NCBI GenBank assembly: GCA_029946065.1
Contig: JAQSDU010000004.1
Span: forward strand, 35,201 to 99,200
Direction: 5' to 3'
Source of the DNA: Flavobacterium sp.
GTDB taxonomy: Bacteria; Bacteroidota; Bacteroidia; Flavobacteriales; Flavobacteriaceae
Length of the DNA stretch: 64,000 nt
Shown here in pieces: positions 26,354 to 34,564 of the stretch. Below the pieces are notes generated by a model, which was not told where the DNA came from, made no database searches, and saw only the letters and a program-made list of their open reading frames with translations. The position numbers and the translations under genes were made by a program. Numbering within the stretch: position 1 is the stretch's first letter; the number at the start of each line of letters is the position of its first letter.

Positions 26354-28537
26354 TTATGCCTCATTTTTTCTGATGAAATGAAAATCAAGTTGTTTCTTAA
26401 CCAGATCGGCATTTTTAACTTTAACGTAAACTTCGTCGCCTAATTGTAAAATCTTCTTGGTAGTTTCGCCAACAAGTGCATATTGTTTTTCATCGAAAGT
26501 ATAATAATCGTCTTTAATTTCACGGATTCGGCACATGCCTTCACATTTATTATCAACGATTTCTACGTAAATTCCCCATTCGGTTACACCAGAAATGACA
26601 CCCAAGAATTCTTCATCTTTGTGATCTTGCATGTATTTCACTTGCATGTATTTGATCGAATCGCGTTCTGCTTGCGTTGCCAAATATTCCATACTCGAAG
26701 CGTGCTCACATTTTTCTTCGTAAACATTTTCATCGACAGATTTTCCGCCATCTAAATAAAATTGCAAAAGTCTATGAACCATTACATCAGGATAACGACG
26801 GATCGGTGATGTGAAATGCGAATAATAATCAAAAGCCAATCCGTAATGCCCAATGTTATCAGTCGAATATTTGGCTTTACTCATTGTTCTGATGGCTAAA
26901 GTATCGACCAAATTCTGTTCTTTTTTACCTTGAACATCATTCAATAAAGCATTCAGTGATTTAGAAATATCTCCTTTTGTTTTGAAATTTATAGAATATC
27001 CAAATCTTGAAATTACGGTTTGTAAAGCAATTAATTTATCTTCATTCGGCTCATCATGAATCCTATAAACGAAAGTTTTCTTTTGTTTTCCAATGTATTC
27101 AGCGACTTTTCTATTGGCTAAAAGCATGAATTCTTCTATCAAATGATTGGAATCTTTGCTTTGTTTGAAATAAACACCAACCGGTTCTGAATCTTCATTC
27201 AAATTAAATTTTACTTCTACTTTATCAAACGAAATTGCGCCATGCTTCATTCTGTTCGAACGGAAAACTTTTGCTAATTGGTCTAATTTTAAAGTAGCGT
27301 CAACAATTTCATCGCTTACAACATAAGATGCTCCAGTTAAAGAAATTTCTGCCGGAATGGTATTATCCTTAGTTTCTATGATATATTGTGCTTCTTCATA
27401 AGCAAAACGTTGGTCAGAATAAATCACAGTTCTTCCAAACCATTGGCTGGTAACTTGTGCTTTTTCATTGATTTCGAAAATGGCAGAAAACGTATATTTT
27501 TCTTCATTCGGACGCAAAGAACAAGCGAAATTCGATAAAACCTCCGGCAACATTGGTACAACGCGATCTACTAAATAAACAGAAGTGCCACGTTGGTAGG
27601 CTTCTTCATCTAAAATTGTTCCTTCTTCCAAATAATACGAAACATCGGCAATATGGATTCCAATTTCATAATGTCCATTATCTAACTTTTTAAAAGACAG
27701 CGCATCATCAAAATCTTTCGCATCTTTTGGATCTATTGTAAAAGTTAAAGTATCGCGCATGTCACGACGCTTTGCAATTTCCTCGGGATGAATTTCTGTG
27801 TCTATTTTTTGCGCAAAAACCTCCACTTCAATAGGAAAGTCATAAGGCAATCCGTATTCCGCTAAAATCGCATGAATTTCTGTATTGTGTTCACCAGGTT
27901 TTCCGAGTACACGAATGACGGAACCAAACGGACTATCTGCTTTTGTAGGCCAATCTTCAATCTTTACCAAAACAACATCACCGTTTTCTGCACCGTTATA
28001 TTTGTCTTTTGGAATGAAAATATCGGTGTACATTTTTGCATTTGCGGTAGATACGAATGCAAAATTGGCGAGAATATCAATCACGCCAACAAATTCTGTT
28101 TTGCTTCTTTCTAACACTTCAATCACTTCCCCTTCGGCACGTTTTCCGCTGCGACGGTTATACACATAGACCTTTACTTTGTCTTTATCGAGTGCATGGT
28201 TGAGATTATTGGTTGGAATAAAAACATCTTCTTCAAAATCTTCGCAGATAAAATAAGCGGTTTTACGGCTTGTCATATCGATTGTCCCTTCGTAATATTC
28301 TTTGCTTGACGCTTTTACAAGGTATTTTCCGGGTTCTGTTTCGATGATTTTTTTTTGTGCCCAAAGGATTTTTAGGTCTTTTATAATTTCGTTGCGGCTT
28401 TTGGTATCGTTTAGTTCGAGTTTTGCTGCAATTTGCTTGTAGTTAAAGGCTTTATTGGCTTCTTGTGACAGTATTTTTAAAATTTTTCCGGAGAAATCCT
28501 TCTCACTTTTCCCTAACTTTCTGGGTTTCTTACTCAT
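26354..28537 (-). CDS. rnr: Ribonuclease R
   Basis: 727 aa. RNB-domain motifs are TIDPKDAKDFDDALS, HIADVSYY and HYGLAFDYYSHFTSPIRRYPD. A C-terminal S1 domain is present. Confidence 0.95.
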   Translation of the reverse strand: MSKKPRKLGKSEKDFSGKILKILSQEANKAFNYKQIAAKLELNDTKSRNEIIKDLKILWAQKKIIETEPGKYLVKASSKEYYEGTIDMTSRKTAYFICEDFEEDVFIPTNNLNHALDKDKVKVYVYNRRSGKRAEGEVIEVLERSKTEFVGVIDILANFAFVSTANAKMYTDIFIPKDKYNGAENGDVVLVKIEDWPTKADSPFGSVIRVLGKPGEHNTEIHAILAEYGLPYDFPIEVEVFAQKIDTEIHPEEIAKRRDMRDTLTFTIDPKDAKDFDDALSFKKLDNGHYEIGIHIADVSYYLEEGTILDEEAYQRGTSVYLVDRVVPMLPEVLSNFACSLRPNEEKYTFSAIFEINEKAQVTSQWFGRTVIYSDQRFAYEEAQYIIETKDNTIPAEISLTGASYVVSDEIVDATLKLDQLAKVFRSNRMKHGAISFDKVEVKFNLNEDSEPVGVYFKQSKDSNHLIEEFMLLANRKVAEYIGKQKKTFVYRIHDEPNEDKLIALQTVISRFGYSINFKTKGDISKSLNALLNDVQGKKEQNLVDTLAIRTMSKAKYSTDNIGHYGLAFDYYSHFTSPIRRYPDVMVHRLLQFYLDGGKSVDENVYEEKCEHASSMEYLATQAERDSIKYMQVKYMQDHKDEEFLGVISGVTEWGIYVEIVDNKCEGMCRIREIKDDYYTFDEKQYALVGETTKKILQLGDEVYVKVKNADLVKKQLDFHFIRKNEA

Positions 28538-28556
28538 ATGTATTTTATAATATTTC

Positions 28557-28564
28557 CAAAATTA
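28557..28564 (-). promoter_or_regulatory. Candidate -7 box TAATTTTG for rnr
   Basis: The reverse complement of CAAAATTA matches TAnnTTTG. It lies 20 nt upstream of the rnr ATG (28537). Confidence 0.4.
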
Positions 28565-28619
28565 CGAATAAGATTTAACAAATGAGTTTTTGGGATTGGA
28601 TTTAAAGAAAATATAACTT

Positions 28620-28697
28620 TTAGTCGAAAGTTAAAAAGTCACAAGACGAAAGAAGAAACCTGAACTATCGACTTTCCAACTTTTTACTTTCGACTAA
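28620..28697. repeat. Inverted repeat with 19-20 bp arms and a spacer of about 39 nt
   Basis: The arms are TTAGTCGAAAGTTAAAAAGT and ACTTTTTACTTTCGACTAA. They are complementary except for a single-base indel, read directly. Confidence 0.85.
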
Positions 28698-29256
28698 TTC
28701 AAGTTGTCAACATTTATTAAAAACAACAAAATAAAAAATTAAATTAATTTAAAATCTTGGTGGTTATTATAGCGTGTTAATTGTTACTATAACTTTTGAT
28801 TTTTTGGATGGTGTTTTTAGTTTAAAGTTGTTATAACATTTTATTAACATATAAAATCCGACTTAAATACTTCATTTTGAAGTTCTTTTTTAAGGTTGTT
28901 AACAACAGTTGAAAATATAAACAACCGTTGTTTTGTAAATAAGTTTAAAACCAATTTTATGTTGAAAAAGATCAATTTCGTATTGATAACTTTTATAAAA
29001 ATTCACCAAACTAAATTAGGATTTCTGATTCGGGTTTTGGATTACTGTTTTTTTTGATACGACCAAGAAAAACTTCTAATTTTCTATTTCAAGTTATAAA
29101 CAATTAATGTTAATTTAAGGTTAACTGATTATCAAGCGATTGCGATTTACTGTTAACAATGTAAGAATTTAACAAATTTATAGTTGAAAGTTGAATGTAT
29201 AAAGTATAAAGATGCAAACTTTACAAGCCTAGTTTATTGATTATCTGGAAACTTTC

Positions 29257-29284
29257 GACTTTTGACTTTCGACTTTCGACTTTT
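29257..29284. repeat. 7-bp tandem repeat GACTTT(T/C) x4
   Basis: GACTTT occurs at 29257, 29264, 29271 and 29278. The array abuts the rpiB -7 box. The same CTTTCGACT word forms the arms of the inverted repeat at 28620..28697. Confidence 0.85.
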
Positions 29285-29290
29285 CTTCAA

Positions 29291-29298
29291 TAAATTTG
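29291..29298 (+). promoter_or_regulatory. Candidate -7 box TAAATTTG for rpiB
   Basis: Matches TAnnTTTG and lies 23 nt upstream of ATG 29321. Confidence 0.45.
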
Positions 29299-29320
29299 CA
29301 AAACAATTAAACGCAACAAA

Positions 29321-29752
29321 ATGAAAATTTCTATCGGAAACGACCACGCAGGACCGGAATACAAAAAAGCCATCGTCGAAATGCTGCAAGCAAAAGGCCA
29401 CGAAGTTACTAATTATGGAACTGATACGCCTGACAGTGTTGATTATGCCGATTTTGGGCATCCGGTTGCCATTGATGTGGAAAACAAAAAGGCAGCATTT
29501 GGAATCGTCATCTGCGGAAGCGGCAACGGCATCAACATGACCGTTAATAAACATCAAGGCATTCGTGCGGCGCTTTGTTGGACTAAAGAAATTGCATTTC
29601 TAGCGAGAAGTCATAACGATGCCAATATCATCAGTATTCCGGCAAGATTTACCTCGATTGCACAAGCGGTTGAAATGGTAGATACTTTCCTCAACACCAA
29701 ATTTGAAGGCGGAAGACACGCTATCAGGGTGAACAAAATTGCGTGTCAATAA
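29321..29752 (+). CDS. rpiB: Ribose-5-phosphate isomerase B
   Basis: 143 aa. MKISIGNDHAG, GIVICGSGNGI and SHNDANI are typical RpiB/LacAB motifs. Confidence 0.9.
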   Translation: MKISIGNDHAGPEYKKAIVEMLQAKGHEVTNYGTDTPDSVDYADFGHPVAIDVENKKAAFGIVICGSGNGINMTVNKHQGIRAALCWTKEIAFLARSHNDANIISIPARFTSIAQAVEMVDTFLNTKFEGGRHAIRVNKIACQ

Positions 29753-29753
29753 A

Positions 29754-30659
29754 ATGGCACACGACCACAGTCACCACCACCATGAAGTAACCGATAAAGG
29801 ACTTTCTATATCGATCGTACTGAATATTGGGATAACGTTGGCGCAAATTATAGGCGGATTTGTCTCAGGAAGTTTGGCGCTGATTTCTGATGCGCTGCAC
29901 AATTTTAGTGATGTTTTGTCTTTGGTTTTAAGCTTGATAGCGCACAAATTAGTTAAAAGAAAAGCCTCTCATTCCAGTACATTCGGTTACAAAAGAGCCG
30001 AATTGATTGTCGCTTTTGTCAATGCTGCAACGTTGATTATTGTCGCATTTTTCTTGATTTATGAAGCGATTGAAAGATTCTCAAAACCCGTCATTATTAG
30101 TTCCGGACTTGTGATTTGGCTTTCTGTTTTAGGAATTCTTTTCAACGGATTTTCGGCGTTATTGATAAAAAAAGATGCGGAACACAATATCAATATGCGC
30201 TCGGCTTACCTGCATCTTTTTACCGATATGATTGCGTCTGTTGCGGTTTTGGTGGGAGGCATCTTAATGAAATATTTTGGTTGGTTTTGGGTCGATAGCG
30301 TCATCACTTTCGGTATCGCGATTTATTTGATCTTTATGGGTTTCGGACTTTTGAAATCTTCTACCAAAATGCTGATGCTTTTCACGCCCGAAAATCTCGA
30401 CATTAATGAAATCGTCGAAAAACTTCATTCCGTTACCGGAAATAACAAATTATACCACATTCACCTTTGGCATTTGAACGATAACGAATTGCATTTTGAA
30501 GCGCATTTGGATTGTAAGGATGATATTTCCATTTCTCAATTCAACACGCTGGTGAATGAAATTGAGGAAATTTTGCACCATGAATTCCACATAAACCATT
30601 GCACCATCCAGCCGGAATTTGATAAAAAGTGCGTGAAGGATTTTATTATACAGGAATAA
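29754..30659 (+). CDS. Cation diffusion facilitator (CzcD/ZitB-like) metal efflux transporter
   Basis: The start MAHDHSHHHHEV is a His-rich N-terminus. SLALISDALHNFSD (TM2 metal site) and LHLFTDM (TM5) are present. ATG 29754 avoids overlap with rpiB. Confidence 0.85.
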   Translation: MAHDHSHHHHEVTDKGLSISIVLNIGITLAQIIGGFVSGSLALISDALHNFSDVLSLVLSLIAHKLVKRKASHSSTFGYKRAELIVAFVNAATLIIVAFFLIYEAIERFSKPVIISSGLVIWLSVLGILFNGFSALLIKKDAEHNINMRSAYLHLFTDMIASVAVLVGGILMKYFGWFWVDSVITFGIAIYLIFMGFGLLKSSTKMLMLFTPENLDINEIVEKLHSVTGNNKLYHIHLWHLNDNELHFEAHLDCKDDISISQFNTLVNEIEEILHHEFHINHCTIQPEFDKKCVKDFIIQE

Positions 30660-30706
30660 GTTAGCCACAAATTTTTTAAAAGTAATATCGCTTCGTTTAA
30701 CCATTA

Positions 30707-30734
30707 ATTCGTGAAAATTCGTGAAATTCGTGGC
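30707..30734. repeat. 10-bp tandem repeat ATTCGTGAAA x2.8
   Basis: Read directly. It lies 25 nt upstream of the tex start. Its last unit, ATTCGTGGCT, is also near-complementary to AGCCACAAAT at 30663..30672. Confidence 0.8.
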
Positions 30735-30758
30735 TGAAAATTTATACCGTAAATATCC

Positions 30759-32882
30759 ATGACCAGTCTTCAATTCATCCAATCCCAAGTCAACACCGCA
30801 CCCAAAAACATAGAAAACACATTGCAACTTCTCGCCGAAGACTGCACCATTCCGTTTATTTCCCGTTACCGGAAAGACAAAACCGGCAATCTCGATGAGG
30901 TGGTGATTGAGCAAATTGCTAAGTGCAACGCCGATTATGAAGCCATCGTAAAACGAAAAGACGCTATCTTAAAATCGATCGAAGAACAAGGTGCGCTGAC
31001 CGCAGAATTGTCGCAAAAAATTAACCAAAGTTTTGACATAAACGAGTTGGAGGATTTTTATCTTCCGTACAAAAAAAAGAAAAAAACCCGTGCCGATATC
31101 GCTCGCGAAAACGGACTAGAGCCGCTCGCTAAAATTATTATGGCACAAAATAATGATGATGTTGATTTTATTTCGACGCGTTATCTCAATAAAAATGTAA
31201 AAAACGAAGACGAAGCCTTGCAAGGCGCTCGCGACATTATCGCTGAATGGATCAACGAAAACATTTATGTCAGAAAGCAATTGCGACGCGTTTACCAACG
31301 AAAATCGACCATCGCTACCAAAGTCGTAAAAACAAAAAAAGACGACGAAAATGCTCAAAAATTCAGTCAATATTTCGATTGGTCGGAACCTTTAAGCAAA
31401 ACGCCATCACACCGTTTATTAGCGATGCTGCGGGCAGAAAATGAAGGTTTTGTCAAGATGAAAGTAGCAGTAGAACCTGAAGAAGCCATTGTAATTATCG
31501 ACCAGCTCATCATCAAAAAAAACAACGACACCACACCACATTTGCAATCGGCGATTGAAGACAGTTATAAAAGATTGCTTGCGCCGGCGATTTCTAACGA
31601 AACATTACAAGAGGCAAAAGCCAAAGCAGATGCGAATTCTATTGGCGTTTTTGCCAACAATCTCGGACAATTATTGCTCGCACCGCCGTTGGGTGAAAAG
31701 CGAATTTTAGCAATAGATCCGGGATTTCGAAGTGGTTGTAAAGTTGTTTGTTTGGATGAAAAAGGCGATTTGTTATACAACGAAAATATCTATCCGCATG
31801 CGCCACAACATGAAGATGCTATTGCAATGAAAAAAATCCGCTCGATGGTCAACGCCTATAAAATAGATGCAATTTCCATTGGCAACGGAACAGCTTCGAG
31901 AGAAACAGAATTCTTCATCAAAAAAATCGCCTTCGACAAACCAGTTCAGGTCTTTATTGTGAGCGAAGCTGGCGCCTCTGTTTATTCTGCGTCAAAAATC
32001 GCAAGAGAAGAATTTCCGAATTATGATGTCACGGTGCGTGGTGCTGTTTCCATTGGAAGACGATTGTCAGATCCGTTGGCAGAACTCGTAAAAATCGACC
32101 CGAAAGCCATCGGCGTAGGCCAATACCAACACGACGTTGACCAAGGAAAATTAAAAAGCGAACTCGACACGGTTGTAGTAAGATGCGTAAATTCTGTCGG
32201 TATCAATATCAACACTGCAAGCAAGCATTTGTTGGGTTATGTGAGCGGAATAGGAGAGAAGCTCGCCGAAAACATTGTGCAATACCGCTCGGAAAATGGC
32301 CCTTTTGAAGATCGAAAACAATTAAAAAAAGTACCGCGATTGGGTGAAAAAGCCTACCAGCAAGGCGTTGCTTTTATTAGAATTTCTAATGCAAAAAATC
32401 CGCTAGACAACTCTGCAGTGCATCCGGAAGCGTATCCGATTGTAGAAAAAATGGCGAAAGATTTGAAACTTTCTGTCCATGATCTGATCGCTAATAAAGA
32501 AAAAACAGCGCTCATTAAACCTGAAAATTACATCACGCCCGAAATTGGTTTATTAGGATTAAAAGATATCATCAAAGAGCTCGAAAAACCAGGGCTTGAT
32601 CCGCGAAAATCGGCAAAAGTATTTGAATTTGACAGCAATGTAAAAACGATAAAAGACATTAGGACCGGAATGGTTTTGCCAGGAATCGTAAATAACATCA
32701 CCAACTTCGGTTGTTTTGTAGACATCGGTATCAAAGAAAGCGGATTGGTTCACATTTCCCAGTTAAAAGCCGGATTTGTATCAGATGTGAATGAAGTCGT
32801 AAAACTCCACCAACATGTTCAGGTAAAAGTCACTGAAGTTGATGAAGATCGGAAAAGGATACAGTTGAGTATGGTGTTGTAA
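30759..32882 (+). CDS. tex: Tex-like transcription accessory protein (YqgF/HhH/S1 domains)
   Basis: 707 aa. The N-terminus is CTIPFISRYRKDKTGNLDE. A YqgF-like segment is ILAIDPGFRSGCKV. The C-terminal S1 domain contains GIVNNITNFGCFVDIG. Confidence 0.9.
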   Translation: MTSLQFIQSQVNTAPKNIENTLQLLAEDCTIPFISRYRKDKTGNLDEVVIEQIAKCNADYEAIVKRKDAILKSIEEQGALTAELSQKINQSFDINELEDFYLPYKKKKKTRADIARENGLEPLAKIIMAQNNDDVDFISTRYLNKNVKNEDEALQGARDIIAEWINENIYVRKQLRRVYQRKSTIATKVVKTKKDDENAQKFSQYFDWSEPLSKTPSHRLLAMLRAENEGFVKMKVAVEPEEAIVIIDQLIIKKNNDTTPHLQSAIEDSYKRLLAPAISNETLQEAKAKADANSIGVFANNLGQLLLAPPLGEKRILAIDPGFRSGCKVVCLDEKGDLLYNENIYPHAPQHEDAIAMKKIRSMVNAYKIDAISIGNGTASRETEFFIKKIAFDKPVQVFIVSEAGASVYSASKIAREEFPNYDVTVRGAVSIGRRLSDPLAELVKIDPKAIGVGQYQHDVDQGKLKSELDTVVVRCVNSVGININTASKHLLGYVSGIGEKLAENIVQYRSENGPFEDRKQLKKVPRLGEKAYQQGVAFIRISNAKNPLDNSAVHPEAYPIVEKMAKDLKLSVHDLIANKEKTALIKPENYITPEIGLLGLKDIIKELEKPGLDPRKSAKVFEFDSNVKTIKDIRTGMVLPGIVNNITNFGCFVDIGIKESGLVHISQLKAGFVSDVNEVVKLHQHVQVKVTEVDEDRKRIQLSMVL

Positions 32883-32902
32883 AATTTCAAATTTCAAAAA
32901 AA

Positions 32903-32956
32903 CAAATCCCAAATTCCAATTTTAACGAATCGTTTTAGTTTGGAATTTGGGATTTG
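32903..32956. terminator. Perfect 17-bp-stem hairpin between convergent tex and tatA
   Basis: CAAATCCCAAATTCCAA (32903..32919) pairs with TTGGAATTTGGGATTTG (32940..32956). On the minus strand it is followed by a U-rich run. Confidence 0.6.
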
Positions 32957-32974
32957 CTATTTGTAATTTAAAAA

Positions 32975-33172
32975 CTACCTTTTTTCTTCTGCTCTTGAAT
33001 TCGCCGGCTGTTGGTCGTCTTTAGCGGCATTTTTGAATTCTTTGATTCCGCTGCCGAAACCTTTCATCAGTTCTGGAATTTTTTTACCTCCGAAAAGCAA
33101 CAATAGGACTAACAATATCAAAAGGCCTTCTTTTATCCCAAATTCTCCTAAAAACATATATAATGAGCTCAT
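32975..33172 (-). CDS. tatA: Twin-arginine translocase subunit TatA/E, paralogue 1
   Basis: 65 aa. It has a single [35 protein letters not shown], the canonical TatA hinge and amphipathic helix. Confidence 0.85.
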   Translation of the reverse strand: MSSLYMFLGEFGIKEGLLILLVLLLLFGGKKIPELMKGFGSGIKEFKNAAKDDQQPANSRAEEKR

Positions 33173-33189
33173 AAATTGTATTTTTAAAA

Positions 33190-33441
33190 TTAAATATTGT
33201 CGTCAGCTTTGTGTACTGTCGGTTCAGCAGTTGGAGATGATGGTGTAATAGGATCTGTTGAAACAGGATCTTTCTTTGCAGTATCGTCTTTTGCGGCGTT
33301 TTTGAATTCTTTGATTCCGCTGCCAAAACCTCTCATGAGTTCTGGAATTTTCTTACCACCGAAAAGCAATAGTAAAACCAATAAAATCAAAAGGACCTCT
33401 TTCACTCCAAATTCTCCTAAAAATATCGTTAGTGTGTTCAT
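33190..33441 (-). CDS. tatA: Twin-arginine translocase subunit TatA/E, paralogue 2
   Basis: 83 aa. The core [33 protein letters not shown] is nearly identical to paralogue 1. The C-terminal tail differs. Confidence 0.85.
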   Translation of the reverse strand: MNTLTIFLGEFGVKEVLLILLVLLLLFGGKKIPELMRGFGSGIKEFKNAAKDDTAKKDPVSTDPITPSSPTAEPTVHKADDNI

Positions 33442-33667
33442 GTCTGAAAGTTTAAATATTTAACAAAATTACAAAAAATGGGGTTGTAATCGCTGATGTC
33501 TCATTTAATTTGTAATAATTAAAAGTTAAAATTTGATTTATGGCATTAATACAAGGTGGTTAGAAAGCCACTAAAAGGCAAAGTCACAAAGTCACCAAGA
33601 CATTTAATGCGTATTTTTCTTTAAACATTGTGACTTTACGCCATTGTGCCCAAGACCCATAAATTCC

Positions 33668-33675
33668 TATATTTG
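33668..33675 (+). promoter_or_regulatory. Candidate -7 box TATATTTG for the M23-GH3 operon
   Basis: Matches TAnnTTTG and lies 18 nt upstream of ATG 33693. Confidence 0.5.
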
Positions 33676-33692
33676 TAACATAAACCACAATA

Positions 33693-34562
33693 ATGTCAGG
33701 CAAAAGGCTAAAAAGGCAACTGCTCAAGAAAAAACTTTTCACGAAAAACCGTCTGGTGATCCTGAACGAGGATACATTTGAAGAAATTTTTTCGTTAAAA
33801 CTTACGCTGATGAACGTCTTTGTCGTAGCGACAGTAGGTGCCGTGTTGATTATTTTTGTGACGACTTACATTATTGCTTTCACGCCGTTGCGCGAATATA
33901 TTCCGGGTTATGCATCATCAAAACTCAAAAAAGATGCTACGGAATTAGCGTTAAAATCTGATTCTTTGAGCAATGCGTTGAAGAAAAATGAAGCCTATAT
34001 CCAATCGATAAAACGTGTGTTGACCAACGACCTTGATTATGCCAAACTCAGTAAAGATTCCATCGTTCCGGCAGAAGGAATGAGTCCTGATAAAGCCAAT
34101 CTCAATCCGTCTGAAGCCGACCTAAAACTCCGCAAGGAAGTAGAGCAGGAAGACAAATACAATCTTTTCGAAAAGGCAAAACCGCGTGTCGGATTGGTGC
34201 TTTTTGCGCCTGTCAAAGGCCATATTACGGAGGCTTATAACGCCAGAAACAAGCATTTTGCTGTGGATATAGCGGTCGCAAAAGACACGCCGATAAAATC
34301 TATTGCCAATGGCACCGTGATTTTCGCCGACTGGACGCCAAGCAACGGAAATGTTGTAATAGTGCGCCATAATGACGGTATTATTTCGGTTTACAAACAC
34401 TGCGAATCACTTACCGCTGAACAAGGCGATGTTGTGAGAACTAGCGAAGTCATTGCGATTGCAGGCACAACAGGCGAACAATCAACAGGCGTTCACCTTC
34501 ATTTTGAACTTTGGAAAGATGGTTATCCAATTGATCCAACCCAATTCATTTCATTCGAATAA
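33693..34562 (+). CDS. M23-family metallopeptidase (membrane-anchored)
   Basis: 289 aa with an N-terminal TM. HFAVDIA...GTVIFADW...NGNVVIVRH...GVHLHFEL are the HxxxD and HxH zinc motifs of LytM/M23. Confidence 0.85.
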   Translation: MSGKRLKRQLLKKKLFTKNRLVILNEDTFEEIFSLKLTLMNVFVVATVGAVLIIFVTTYIIAFTPLREYIPGYASSKLKKDATELALKSDSLSNALKKNEAYIQSIKRVLTNDLDYAKLSKDSIVPAEGMSPDKANLNPSEADLKLRKEVEQEDKYNLFEKAKPRVGLVLFAPVKGHITEAYNARNKHFAVDIAVAKDTPIKSIANGTVIFADWTPSNGNVVIVRHNDGIISVYKHCESLTAEQGDVVRTSEVIAIAGTTGEQSTGVHLHFELWKDGYPIDPTQFISFE

Positions 34563-34564
34563 AT

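Noticed and set aside
30450-30914. 154-aa minus-strand ORF spanning the czcD-tex junction
   Set aside because: It is antisense to two well-supported genes and crosses their intergenic repeat. No recognisable motifs are present.
31068-31090. A-rich homopolymeric run (AAAAAAAAGAAAAAAA) in tex, and an A9 run in rnr (28348..28356), as phase-variation sites
   Set aside because: They encode lysine runs in conserved housekeeping genes of an AT-rich genome. There is no reason to expect programmed slippage.
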